Source: an uncultured bacterium (lineage in GTDB: Bacteria; Actinomycetota; Acidimicrobiia; Spongiisociales; ZC4RG35). From it: DNA of 64,000 nucleotides. The position numbers were made by a program, and so were the translations under genes. This document shows, in pieces, positions 40,018-50,067 of the stretch; position 1 is the stretch's first letter, and each line of letters begins with the position of its first letter. The notes under the pieces were generated by a model. The model was not told the origin of the DNA. It did no database searches and saw nothing but the letters and a program-made list of their open reading frames with translations. The DNA lies in the NCBI GenBank assembly GCA_963785075.1, contig CAWATW010000001.1, forward strand, positions 69,598-133,597, given 5' to 3'.

Positions 40018-40218
40018 TCAGGACCGTCGCCGTTCGTTTCCGCGTTTGTAGTTGCCGGTGAACCGCGCCATGACATCCTGTGGATCGAGGCGTTCGATCT
40101 TCTCGAGGAACGTCACGGCCCGATGCCCGCGCAGACGTGCAGCCATTCGTCCGTTGTGGGTGATGATCACCGTCCCATCGGGGCGCCGCTGGAACTCGAA
40201 TCCCGAGGGGCTGCCCAT
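40018..40218 (-). CDS. small hypothetical protein (66 aa) downstream of tdh
   Basis: ORF MGSPSGFEFQRRPDGTVIITHNGRMAARLRGHRAVTFLEKIERLDPQDV... starts 5 nt after the tdh stop. Not low-complexity RG junk. Confidence 0.4.
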   Translation of the reverse strand: MGSPSGFEFQRRPDGTVIITHNGRMAARLRGHRAVTFLEKIERLDPQDVMARFTGNYKRGNERRRS

Positions 40219-40222
40219 GCGC

Positions 40223-41248
40223 TCAGTCCCACTCCAGTAGGACCTTGCCGCAGTGTCCGCTTTCGGCCACTTCGAAGGCTCTCCGGTGTTCGTTCATCGG
40301 AAAGCGGTGCGTCACCGCCGCCGAGATGTCGAGTCCGCTCTGGAGCATGGCAGCCATCTTGTACCAGGTCTCGAAGATCCGTCTGCCATAGATCCCCTGG
40401 ACCGTGAGACCTTTGAAGATGACGTCGTTGACGTCCAGGGTCATCGGTCCAGGGGGAATGCCGAGTGCTGCGATCCGCCCGCCGTGGTTGACGACATCGA
40501 GCATCTGGTTGAAGGCCGCTTCCGCACCAGACATCTCGAGTCCCACGTCGAAGCCCTCGGTCATCCCGAGTTCGGACATGACGGCATCGAGGCGCTCGGA
40601 GGAGACGTCGACGACGCGGTCGGCGCCCATCCTGGAGGCCATCTCGAGTCGGTATGAGTTGACGTCCGTGACCACGACGAATCGAGCTCCGATGTGACGG
40701 GCGATGGCGGTCGCCATCACCCCGATCGGGCCTGCGCCCGTGATGAGCACGTCCTCTCCCACGAGGTCGAACTTGAGAGCGGTATGGGTGGCATTGCCGA
40801 GCGGGTCGAGTACGGCGGCGACCTCGTCGTCGATGTGGTCGGGTATCGGAAACACGTTGGCGGCCGGGATCACGAGGTATTCGGCGTACGCCCCCGGCCT
40901 CGACACACCCACGCTGAGATGGTTGTGGCAGAACTCGCGACGACCGGCCCTGCAGTTCCGGCAGTGACCACAGGTGATGTGCCCCTCACCGGCCACGCGC
41001 TGGCCGACCGCCAATCCTTCGACACCATCGCCCAGCGCCACGATCTCTCCCATGAATTCGTGGCCGACGACCATGGGTACCGGAATCGTCTGGGCCGCCC
41101 AGTCGTCCCAGCGGTCGATGTGCAGATCGGTGCCACAGATCGAAGTCTTCCGCACACGGATCTTCACGTCATGATGCCCGGCGTCGGGCTCGGGGACGTC
41201 GGTGAGGTCGAGCCCGGGCGCCGGGGCGGCTTTCACGAGAGCCTTCAC
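40223..41248 (-). CDS. tdh: L-threonine 3-dehydrogenase
   Basis: GTG start [13 protein letters not shown] overlaps the kbl stop (GTGA). Zn-ADH motifs [30 protein letters not shown]. The track ORF over-extends the N-terminus. Confidence 0.85.
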   Translation of the reverse strand: MKALVKAAPAPGLDLTDVPEPDAGHHDVKIRVRKTSICGTDLHIDRWDDWAAQTIPVPMVVGHEFMGEIVALGDGVEGLAVGQRVAGEGHITCGHCRNCRAGRREFCHNHLSVGVSRPGAYAEYLVIPAANVFPIPDHIDDEVAAVLDPLGNATHTALKFDLVGEDVLITGAGPIGVMATAIARHIGARFVVVTDVNSYRLEMASRMGADRVVDVSSERLDAVMSELGMTEGFDVGLEMSGAEAAFNQMLDVVNHGGRIAALGIPPGPMTLDVNDVIFKGLTVQGIYGRRIFETWYKMAAMLQSGLDISAAVTHRFPMNEHRRAFEVAESGHCGKVLLEWD

Positions 41249-42435
41249 CCGACCACCCCCAGCTCCGACCCGACCTCGGCGAAGGCATCGACGGCACGAT
41301 CGATGTCGTCGAAGGTGTGAGCGGCCGACATCTGGGTTCGGATCCGTGCGGCGCCCTCCGGGACCACGGGATACGAGAACGCGATCACGTAGATGCCACG
41401 GTCGAGGAGCCTGTCGGCCATGGCGCCGGCGAGCTTGGCATCGCCGAGCATCACCGGGATGATGGGATGGCCGGCGCCCGCCAGTGTGAACCCGGCATCC
41501 ACCATGCCGCGGCGGAAACGTTCCGAGTTGTCGGCCAGGCGGCGCCTGAGCTCCTTCGAGGACTCCACCATGTCGAGCGCCGTGATGGTGGTGGCGGCAA
41601 TCACCGGTGCCAGGCTGTTGGAGAAGAGGTACGGGCGCGATCGCTGCCGAAGCCACTCGATGATCTCACGAGAGCCGCTCGTGTAGCCACCGGAGGCGCC
41701 GCCCAGTGCCTTGCCGAGCGTGCCTGTGATGATGTCGACCCGCCCTTCCACGCCTGTGGCTTCGGGCGTGCCTCGACCTCCTTCACCCACGAAGCCGACC
41801 GCGTGGGAGTCGTCCACCATCACGAGCGCGTCGTGGGTCTCGGCCAGATCGCAGATCGCCGGGAGGTCGGCGACCGAGCCGTCCATCGAGAACACGCCGT
41901 CGGTCGCAATGAGGCGGTGTTTGGCGTCCCGGGCCTCGATCAGCCGTCGCTCGAGATCTTTCATGTCGCTGTTGGCGTATCGCAGTCGGCGCGCCTTGCA
42001 CAGTCTGATGCCGTCGATGATCGAGGCATGGTTGAGACTGTCCGAGATGATTGCATCGTCTCCGCCGAGGATCGTCTCGAACAGCCCGGTGTTGGCGTCG
42101 AAACACGATGAGTACAGGATCGTGTCCTCGGTGCCCAAGAACTGCGATATCCGTCGTTCGAGTTCCTTGTGGATGTCCTGCGTCCCGCAGATGAAGCGGA
42201 CGGAGGCCATGCCGTAGCCCCGCTGCGCCAACGCATTCCTCGCCGCTTCGACGATGCGAGGATCGTCGGCGAGTCCCAGATAGTTGTTGGCGCAGAAGTT
42301 CACGACCTGCGTGCCGTCGTCCAGGGTTATGTGGGCGTCCTGGGGTGAGCCGATCACGCGCTCCGATTTGTACAGGCCGTCGGCGCGCACACTATCGAGA
42401 CGAGAAGCCAGGTCAGCGAGCAGCGAAGTTCTCAT
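41245..42435 (-). CDS. kbl: 2-amino-3-ketobutyrate CoA ligase (glycine C-acetyltransferase)
   Basis: 396 aa. PLP-lysine region FSNSLAP...[15 protein letters not shown]. Typical KBL N-terminus [17 protein letters not shown]. Confidence 0.85.
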   Translation of the reverse strand: MRTSLLADLASRLDSVRADGLYKSERVIGSPQDAHITLDDGTQVVNFCANNYLGLADDPRIVEAARNALAQRGYGMASVRFICGTQDIHKELERRISQFLGTEDTILYSSCFDANTGLFETILGGDDAIISDSLNHASIIDGIRLCKARRLRYANSDMKDLERRLIEARDAKHRLIATDGVFSMDGSVADLPAICDLAETHDALVMVDDSHAVGFVGEGGRGTPEATGVEGRVDIITGTLGKALGGASGGYTSGSREIIEWLRQRSRPYLFSNSLAPVIAATTITALDMVESSKELRRRLADNSERFRRGMVDAGFTLAGAGHPIIPVMLGDAKLAGAMADRLLDRGIYVIAFSYPVVPEGAARIRTQMSAAHTFDDIDRAVDAFAEVGSELGVVG

Positions 42436-42598
42436 GATGCAGACGGTACCGAGTCTCGGGTGCCGGGTCCCGGGTCTCGGGTCACCAGTCTCGGGTCTCG
42501 GACGGCGTTCGCTGCGGCGTCGGCTGTCGGCCGGCTGCCGTTCACCCTGCGCCGACCACTGGCCGCGCAGCGCGGTTCGGCGTCACACGCTCGCTTTC

Positions 42599-43934
42599 TC
42601 AGAGCTGCCCGGTGTCGGCGTCGTCCATCGCCGCGACGTACTGGGGGTCGTCGAACCTACGTGGCAGGAACGCCGACGCATATTCGGGGAGCGGGGAGGA
42701 GGTGGCGTGGAGGGCGGCGAGCTCCCCTGCTGCCGCCGCGATCATCACCCCGAATCCAGACATCGCCCCGCATACGATCGACCCGGCAGGCCCGGATGGT
42801 CCGATCAACGGCATGTTGTCGGGTGCCTTGGTGTAGAAGCCGCCATCGACGAATGGCTGCGGCAGGTGATCCCGGTACGCACCGAGCGCCGGGAGCATCG
42901 TGGACATCCCGCGCATCACGACCTCCGGATACAGGTCGTCGGTCTGCATCGGCCATCGTGGTTCCATCACCGTGCGGTCGTACTCCCAGAGCGCAACCAG
43001 CCACTGCGAGTCCCCGGCGCCTTCGGGGCGGCCATGGCAGAACCCAGGCAGTGTCTCGGTGAGCTCGGCTCGGCCCGCCTCGAGCAGGAGCCCACGCTCC
43101 ACCGCCGACCATCCGAGGGTTTGCGGATCGCACCAGATGAGCATCGGTGCTTCTCGTGGCACGGCGGACATGTGATCGCGGAACGCAACCTTGAAGTGCG
43201 CCTCGGAACGCACGGGCAACTCGACTCCCGTCATCGATGCCACGTATGGGAGCATCGGCCCCGCGGCATTCACGATGGTGCCGGCAGCGATGCGAGAGGA
43301 ATCGCCGAGGACCACCCCGCTCACCGCCGACCCGCTCGTCGAGACATCCACGACCTGTCGAGGCACCACCCGAACACCTCGATCCCGTGCCTCGTTCAGC
43401 ATCCACGTGCCGAACTGTTGGGCCGACATCCAGCCGGCACGGCGGGCGTGCACGGCGCCGATGGCGTCTGGTGAGAGGTACGGAAAGTGTTGATCCAACC
43501 CGTCGCGATCCAGGACGTCGGCGCCGTCGATGCTCGCAACCCCCGCCGCGTGATGCGGTCGATAGTCGGACACACCATCGTGGTCCCGCAGCTCACCTGC
43601 GCCGTGATGTTGGGCCCGGAGCCCGTCGGACCGCAGTGCCGTCATCTGTTGTGGGTCGGACGTGACATAGAGGTACCCGCGTCGGTTGAGGTTGAAGAAT
43701 CCACCCGAACGCCGGTCGTACCGCTCGAGCAGGTCGATCGACCGGTTCATGATCCGGACCATCGCCGCCGACGGCCACCAGTTGCGATAGCACTCGGTGC
43801 TCTTGTCCGAGGTGAGGGTGAGCGGTGCTCGCGGGTCGCAGATCACGACGTCCTCCACACCGCTGTCGGCGAGGTGAAATGCCGTCGACACGCCGGCGAT
43901 CCCTGCTCCGATCACCACTACCGATGCCTGCATC
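42599..43934 (-). CDS. FAD-dependent oxidoreductase (DAO/glycine-oxidase-like)
   Basis: True start MQASVVVIGAGIAGVSTAF at about 43934. The upstream part of the track ORF is junk. 444 aa. Confidence 0.7.
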
Positions 43935-44029
43935 GGACCGAGGGTAGGCCGGTCGACCGCAGGCCAGGGGAGTCGAATCCAACCTTGGCACGATGGCCGA
44001 AAGGTGGCTGACCCTTTACGCTGACCGCC

Positions 44030-44851
44030 ATGTTGTGGATCGATGCGCCGGGTCCGTTCGTAACTCCGACGCTCGTCGTTGCCATGGACGGATGGGTGAA
44101 TGCCGGGACCGCCGGGACAATGGCGGCGTCGGTGATCGCCGGCGAAGGTGAGGTTGTGGGGCGTTTCGATCCGGATCGGCTCTATGACTATCGAATGCTC
44201 CGGCCGACGATCTTCTTCGAGGACGGCGTGCTGAACCAGGTGGAGTGGCCGGAGATGACCATCCGGCGAGTAACGGTCGAGGGACGAGATCTCCTTGTCA
44301 TGTCCGGGCCCGAGCCCAATTGGGCGTGGCGAGAGATGGCTGAAGCGCTCGTGGACGCCTCTCGGGCGTGGGGCGTCGTCGAGTACGTTGGCATCGGGGG
44401 GGTGCCCTGGGCCGTGCCCCACACCCGACCCGTCACTTTGATGACGACCTCCACGTCGATGGAGCGTCTCCAACGTTGGTCGGACGGTCCACAAGGTGTT
44501 ATGCAGGTCCCGGGGGCGGCCGTGAGCGTCCTCGAACACCAGATGCACCAGGCCGCCATCCCGACGATCGGGTTCTGGGCGCGCGTTCCGAACTACGTCG
44601 GCTCGGCGTTCCCGGCGGCGGCCGAAGCCCTGGTGGCACGGCTCGCCGAGCATCTGGGGGTGAAGCTCGACCCGGGCGAGCTTGCGCAACAGGCGCTCGA
44701 CCATCTCGGCCAGCTCGACAGTCTGATCGGCGAACGTCCGGATGTCGGTGCGATGGTTCGGCAACTCGAGGAGGTATACGACTCGGCCTCGTCGATCTCA
44801 GGTGATGAGCTTGCCGCCGAGATCGAACGATTCCTCCGTGAACAGCGCTGA
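44030..44851 (+). CDS. PAC2 (proteasome assembly chaperone 2)-family protein
   Basis: 273 aa. LVVAMDGWVNAGTAG N-terminal region and overall PAC2-like organisation, common in Actinomycetota. Confidence 0.65.
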   Translation: MLWIDAPGPFVTPTLVVAMDGWVNAGTAGTMAASVIAGEGEVVGRFDPDRLYDYRMLRPTIFFEDGVLNQVEWPEMTIRRVTVEGRDLLVMSGPEPNWAWREMAEALVDASRAWGVVEYVGIGGVPWAVPHTRPVTLMTTSTSMERLQRWSDGPQGVMQVPGAAVSVLEHQMHQAAIPTIGFWARVPNYVGSAFPAAAEALVARLAEHLGVKLDPGELAQQALDHLGQLDSLIGERPDVGAMVRQLEEVYDSASSISGDELAAEIERFLREQR

Positions 44852-44956
44852 GCGCCATGCTGACTAGCGCGGACGTGCGAGACGAGCATGATCCTCCGGT
44901 TTGTGATGCCCTGTCGCCGATGCACTCCCTGTACAACAGCAGACAGGAGTCGGAAC

Positions 44957-45157
44957 ATGAAGCGCAAAGGATTGAGCTGGGACGGTGGAAAGAAGCGCAT
45001 CGTCGCCGCAGCGATGATGTTGTCGGTACTCGCTGCTCCAGGTGTTGCGCATGCCGCTCCCATCAGCACCAACGCGGACGCGGGGACCATTTCGGTCTCG
45101 ACCGATTACTCGAGCGTCAAGGTCAACGCCCGCGCATTCGGAGTCAGCTGGAGCTGA
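44957..45157 (+). CDS. small secreted peptide (66 aa precursor, about 33 aa mature)
   Basis: AGGAG 9 nt upstream of the ATG. Signal peptide MKRKGLSWDGGKKRIVAAAMMLSVLAAPGVAHA. Mature sequence APISTNADAGTISVSTDYSSVKVNARAFGVSWS. Followed by a strong hairpin. Confidence 0.45.
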   Translation: MKRKGLSWDGGKKRIVAAAMMLSVLAAPGVAHAAPISTNADAGTISVSTDYSSVKVNARAFGVSWS

Positions 45158-45182
45158 ACCCCGCCGAGGTGTGAAGCACGAG

Positions 45183-45222
45183 GAACAGATGGGCCGGCTC
45201 GCATGAGCCGGCCCATCTGTTC
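45183..45222. terminator. bidirectional intrinsic-terminator-like hairpin (17-18 bp perfect stem) between convergent genes
   Basis: gaacagatgggccggct-cgcatg-agccggcccatctgttc. No U-tract, as is usual in high-GC Actinomycetota. Confidence 0.6.
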
Positions 45223-45250
45223 GAGGACGGTGTTGGGTCTAGGACTCTGC

Positions 45251-45860
45251 TCAGGGCAGATCGATGGGACGCATCACCCGGTTGATGACGTGGATCACAC
45301 CGTTCGACGCCTGGATGTCGAGTCGTCCGAGCGAAAGACGGGCGTTGAGGTCGTCGTGATCCTGGTCCCGGAGCCAGACGGCCTTGAGGTCGTCGGTGCC
45401 CTTCTCGTACTGGATGAAGACTTCGAACGTCGGGCCGAGCAGTGTCGGAACCTCTGCTCCCTGGAGCCCGGGAACGACGTCGCTCGAATAGACCTGTCCA
45501 TCCACTACGTGATAGAGCAGCACGGATGTGATCGTGTCGACACCCACGTTCTCGACCAGCCAGCCGGCAACATCCGCCTCGTGGGCCTTCCAGGGCCCGC
45601 CGAGGTCGCGAACGAGGAGCCGGAACGCGTAGTCGGTGGGAGCGAACACGGTCACGCCCAGGTCGGGTGTGGCCAGCGTTCCGTCGAGTCCTGCAGCAAC
45701 CACGGCTGCGGCGAGGATATCGAAGTCACGGGCATTGCGGTCGAACTCGCCGTCGCCGACGGCTATGTCGGTGATCGTGGCGTCGTCGTCGGCGGCGGCG
45801 GGACCGGCGAGTACGCCGAGCGCCATGATGGCCGAGAGTACGAGCGTGAGTGTGCGTCGC
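45251..45860 (-). CDS. secreted fasciclin (FAS1)-domain protein
   Basis: Start MRRTLTLVLSAIMALGVLAGPAAA after AAGGAGG. FAS1 motifs TVFAPTDYAF, LLYHVV, NGVIHVINRV. Confidence 0.8.
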
Positions 45861-46027
45861 ATGGGACCTCCTTCGGGGGTTGTGTGTTCCCTGCTGTGTC
45901 CCATACGGGGCATCGGAGTGCCTGGATGAAGCCAATCTCAGATTCTCCAATGCCGACTCGTTGATCCTTCTCCGGTCCTGCCGACAGGTAACCCACCACG
46001 GACAGGTACCTCGGCGAAGGAACGCAC

Positions 46028-49000
46028 ATGGAATCTCCGCAGCGCTCGAATTTCGCGTTCGGGATGCTCGTTTCGGTCCTCGTCACCGCGCTCGGTGTAG
46101 GCGCGGCCGGTGTCGCCTCGACCCGGTCCTCGATGGCTCCGGCAACCACTGCCCCTCAGTTCTTCGATTGGGCCGCCTCCGGTCCGATCGACGGGCGGTT
46201 TCTCGTCACGTTCGAATCCGAGCCCATGACGGTGGACGGGCGGCTGATCGAAGGCGACGGCACGCTCTACGTGAACCCTGACATTCCCCGCGTCGACAGC
46301 GCCGGCGTGGACGAGATCCAGGATGCGATCGGAGAGCCGATCATCGCCACGACCGATTCGACGCTCGCAGCACTCGTCGCCGACCCTCGCGTGGACACCG
46401 TCGACCCGATCGGCTTCGACACGTATGTCGTGGTCGGCGACCTGACCACGGAGGAGCTGGAGACACTGCCCGGCGTTGCACGGGCCGTTCCCGACGTCGG
46501 ACTGGCGGGCGCTTCGGCCGACGAGCTCTTTCCGCTCCAATGGCCCCTCGAGAACACCGGCGCCACCATCGGCTTCGAGACGGTTGCGGACGCCGACATC
46601 GACGGTCCATTGGCCTGGCATCGGGCGCGAGGTGCCGGGGTCACGGTGGCCGTTCTCGACTCGGGTGTCGATGTGGCCCATCCGGATCTGGTTCATTCGC
46701 TCTGGACGAATCCGGGGGAAACCTGTGGCAACGGGTTGGACGACGACGGCAACGGCTACGTCGATGACTGCACCGGCTGGAACTTCGGCGACGGGAATGC
46801 CGATGTCTCCGACCACATGGGACACGGCACCCACGTCGCCGGCATCATCGCCGCCGACGCCGACAACCGGATCGGGATGGCAGGAGCGGCCTACGAAGCC
46901 TCGATCATGCCGTTGAAGATCGGGGACGAGACCCCGACGCTGTCGGCGGCGATCGAGGCGATCGCCTATGCGATCGGAAACGGCGCCCGGATCATCAACG
47001 CCTCCTGGGTCACACCCGATCCCTCCGCAGAGGTGATCCTCGAGCGGGCAATCGCAGCGGCCGAGAGGGCAGGCGTGCTCGTTGTGGTGGGCGCAGGCAA
47101 CCATGCCAGCGATCTCGGCGATCATCCCGTGTATCCGGCGGCACTCGATGCTCCCAACCTGGTGACCGTCGCAGCGTCGTCTGCGGCCGATCGGCTCGCC
47201 CTGTTCACCAACACCGGTTCTTCCGTCGACATCGCAGCTCCAGGGGAACACATCATCTCGACGGTCCCGGGCGGCTATGGCATGTTCTCGGGAACGTCGA
47301 TGGCCGCGCCATACGTGTCCGCCGCGGCAGCCCTGCTCTGGTCGGCCGAGCCGACGGTGGGATACGACGAGGTGCTGTCGGCGATCCTCGAGCGGGCCGA
47401 TCGTCCGCCCGCCATCGTCGGGGCGATCGGCGGAGGCCGGCTCGATGTCGGGTCCGCCGTCGAAGCACGCCGGTTCCGGCCATCTCTGGGATTCACCTTC
47501 ATCGGATTCGACGCCTTGGTCCCCGACGAGCGGCGGGCGGTCTCGATCCGGGCGGAGCTCATCGACCCATGGGCTGTGCCACCACAGACTCCCGCCCGGT
47601 ACCGGGTGTCTGTGCTCGCCGCCGGGAGCGAGGGGCCCATGGCCGTTCGTGGTCTCGACATCGGCACCGCCGATGGCACGGTCGCAACGGATGCCACCGG
47701 TCGCGCTTTCGTCGGCGAGTCCTTCGTGCGTTCCTCGCGGTCGGCGCTCGTGCGCGGCGAGGAAGTGACAGACCTGTCGCTCGAGCTGCCTGCCGGCACC
47801 TATGCGCTCGTCTACGAGCTCATGGATGTCTCCGATCCTGCAGATCCGATCACCCTCGGCGATCCGTCGGCGGTGTTCTTCAGCGTCGGTCTGGATGCAC
47901 ATACCATGCCGGTGCCCGTGATCGGGACGTCGCAGCCTCTCGACCCGGTACCGGACGAGAGCGGTGAACCCGCACCGGAGGACCCGGTGGGTGGTCCTGG
48001 TGGACAGGACACTGCGGTCGCCGACTCGACACCGGCGGATACTGGCGGAGAGCCCGCTGCCGGCGGGTCCGTCCCGGCACAACCCGCATCGGGAGCGGAT
48101 GCCATCGATCCCGGCCCGACGGGGACGGAGACCGGAAATGAGGGGTTCCCTCCGGGAGGCGCCGCCGGCGAATCCGGAGTCGACGAAACCGGTGATGCGA
48201 CCATCGACAACGACGAGGTACCCCCGCCCCCGAGCGAAGAGCTGCCGGCGGGCGCACCCGGGTCGGTACCGCGGTCCGGCCCGGCGTCCGATGAAGATGC
48301 CGGTGGTGGCGAGTCCGACGAGCGGCAGCCACCAGCACCCGGTGCCGACGGCCTTCAGCTCGTGCGGGTGAATCCGGCGGCAGCGACGACACTTGGAGGC
48401 ACCACCGTCACCGTCGTCGGGGAAATCCCAGAGCGACCGTCGGTCGATTTCGGGTCCGATCCGGCCAGGGTGGTGGCGGTCGGCGAGGGCTACGTCGTCG
48501 TGGAGACGAGGCCACACGCAGCAGGTCGCGTCGACGTCGTGGTGTCCGACCCGGGGACCGGGCGTCAGGGCGTGCTCACGGGCGCCTTCACCTACGTCGA
48601 CGAGGTGCCCCCAGGTGATCCATCCGATGGGGTGCCGAGCGAGCCGGCCTCCGATGACCTCGTCGACGATCGCGGTGGCAGTCCCGGAGGCGACGACCCG
48701 TCGGGGATCGTCGATGGCGGAGTCGACCAGGATCCGGGCGACGGATCGGTCGGCGGCTCAACCGCACCGGTCGCCGATGATCCGGTGGCTTCACCGCCTC
48801 CGGCCCCGCCCGAAGCACCCGCAGGAGCTTCTCAGACCGAGGACGGCGCAGTCGGTTCGGCTGTCGGGTACGACGAATGGTTCGATTCGGTGGTCGTGAG
48901 CCCCGCAGACCTCGATCTTGTGCCGCTGGCGGCGGATGATCCTCTGAGGTCGATCGATCTGGCGATGATGGCCGGACAAAACTGCTCGGAGCCGGAGTGT

Positions 49001-49108
49001 CCGGGCTGGGTGCTCGCGCCGGGCGTTCATCACGCAACCGACCCGCGAACCCGAGACCATCAGAACGGCAGCGGGAAGGTCGACGGAGCGACGGGCCGCA
49101 AGCCCTGA
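46028..49108 (+). CDS. S8-family subtilisin-like serine peptidase, 1026 aa, with low-complexity Pro/Gly/Asp linkers and IPT/TIG-like C-terminal domain
   Basis: Catalytic triad D (VAVLDSGV), H (HGTHVAGIIAA) and S (GTSMAAPYVSAAAALL). Signal/TM at the N-terminus. IPT-like block TTLGGTTVTVVGE...GAFTYV. Confidence 0.85.
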   Translation: MESPQRSNFAFGMLVSVLVTALGVGAAGVASTRSSMAPATTAPQFFDWAASGPIDGRFLVTFESEPMTVDGRLIEGDGTLYVNPDIPRVDSAGVDEIQDAIGEPIIATTDSTLAALVADPRVDTVDPIGFDTYVVVGDLTTEELETLPGVARAVPDVGLAGASADELFPLQWPLENTGATIGFETVADADIDGPLAWHRARGAGVTVAVLDSGVDVAHPDLVHSLWTNPGETCGNGLDDDGNGYVDDCTGWNFGDGNADVSDHMGHGTHVAGIIAADADNRIGMAGAAYEASIMPLKIGDETPTLSAAIEAIAYAIGNGARIINASWVTPDPSAEVILERAIAAAERAGVLVVVGAGNHASDLGDHPVYPAALDAPNLVTVAASSAADRLALFTNTGSSVDIAAPGEHIISTVPGGYGMFSGTSMAAPYVSAAAALLWSAEPTVGYDEVLSAILERADRPPAIVGAIGGGRLDVGSAVEARRFRPSLGFTFIGFDALVPDERRAVSIRAELIDPWAVPPQTPARYRVSVLAAGSEGPMAVRGLDIGTADGTVATDATGRAFVGESFVRSSRSALVRGEEVTDLSLELPAGTYALVYELMDVSDPADPITLGDPSAVFFSVGLDAHTMPVPVIGTSQPLDPVPDESGEPAPEDPVGGPGGQDTAVADSTPADTGGEPAAGGSVPAQPASGADAIDPGPTGTETGNEGFPPGGAAGESGVDETGDATIDNDEVPPPPSEELPAGAPGSVPRSGPASDEDAGGGESDERQPPAPGADGLQLVRVNPAAATTLGGTTVTVVGEIPERPSVDFGSDPARVVAVGEGYVVVETRPHAAGRVDVVVSDPGTGRQGVLTGAFTYVDEVPPGDPSDGVPSEPASDDLVDDRGGSPGGDDPSGIVDGGVDQDPGDGSVGGSTAPVADDPVASPPPAPPEAPAGASQTEDGAVGSAVGYDEWFDSVVVSPADLDLVPLAADDPLRSIDLAMMAGQNCSEPECPGWVLAPGVHHATDPRTRDHQNGSGKVDGATGRKP

Positions 49109-49116
49109 GGCCGGTC

Positions 49117-49476
49117 TCAGAACCGGCCTCGGTCGATCACGAAACGCTGGTGGGTGCCGCGGCCGATCACGCGGTCTCCGACGCTCACCGACACCTCGAA
49201 CGTGAGTCGACGTCGGTCCACATCGATCAGCCGTGACTTCACGGTGACCGTCTCCCCGTCCTTCGCCGCCGCCTCGTGGGACACGTCGACATGGGTGCCC
49301 ACGGAGGTGCGGTCCTCACCCAGGAGGGGTTGGACCGATGCGGTGGCGGCGATCTCCATCAGTTCGATCATCTTCGGTGTCGACAGGACCACGGCGGGAG
49401 CCAGATGCGGTGGCGACATGTCGGCCGACACTGTGACTTCGGTGCGGTATTCGATCCCTGGGCTGAGCTCGGACAT
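49117..49476 (-). CDS. hotdog-fold acyl-CoA thioesterase (PaaI/FlK-like)
   Basis: 119 aa. Resembles the thioesterase-superfamily fold. Located downstream of the paa operon TetR. Confidence 0.65.
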   Translation of the reverse strand: MSELSPGIEYRTEVTVSADMSPPHLAPAVVLSTPKMIELMEIAATASVQPLLGEDRTSVGTHVDVSHEAAAKDGETVTVKSRLIDVDRRRLTFEVSVSVGDRVIGRGTHQRFVIDRGRF

Positions 49477-49488
49477 GAGCCGCCGATG

Positions 49489-50067
49489 CTACCCGGCCTC
49501 TGCACCTCGGACCGTGCAGTCCATGACGGAGGCGACCAGGTCGGTCCGATTCATCGGCCCGTCGGGTCGGTACCACCGGTCGACGGAATTGAGAATCGAA
49601 AGGAGGTAGATGACGAACATGCGGACGTCCAGATCCGGTCGGAACGTTCCGTCTGCCACGCCCGCCGTCATCACCGTCCGGAATGCCTGCTCGTATCGAT
49701 CACGCGCCTCGACGACCGTGTCACGCAGGGTGGTTTCGAGCGTGGTCGCCTCGTTGAGAAACGTCCGCGCCTCGTCGAGGTGGTCGAGCACCACTCCGAC
49801 GTGACCTGCAACGAGGAGTTGCAGCCGTTCGAGGGGCGTCTTGCCGGTCTCGAGCGCGTTGCGTGCGGACGCCTCGAAGAGATCGGCGCCGCGCATCACG
49901 ACGTCGACCAACAGGTCCTCTTTCGACGTGATGTGCGAGTACAACGAGCTGCCGTTGAGGCCGAGCTCCCGACCCAGGTCTCTCATCGATGTGCCGTGGT
50001 ACCCGCGACTGGCGAACAGCCTTCCTGCGGCCCTCACGACGTCTTCGCGGGTGTTGCGCGTCGTCAT
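49489..50067 (-). CDS. TetR-family regulator, candidate PaaR of the paa operon
   Basis: HTH GTSMRDLGRELGLNGSSLYSHI. The start overlaps the paaE stop (ATGA). An operator-like palindrome lies upstream of paaA. Confidence 0.75.
   Translation of the reverse strand: MTTRNTREDVVRAAGRLFASRGYHGTSMRDLGRELGLNGSSLYSHITSKEDLLVDVVMRGADLFEASARNALETGKTPLERLQLLVAGHVGVVLDHLDEARTFLNEATTLETTLRDTVVEARDRYEQAFRTVMTAGVADGTFRPDLDVRMFVIYLLSILNSVDRWYRPDGPMNRTDLVASVMDCTVRGAEAG

Noticed and set aside
42436-42598. Glycine riboswitch upstream of kbl
   Set aside because: I looked for the conserved glycine-riboswitch core but found only the GTCTCGG direct repeats and no recognisable aptamer.
46267-48517. Several 100-860-aa minus-strand ORFs across the S8 protease
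   Set aside because: Antisense to a well-supported protease gene, with no domains.
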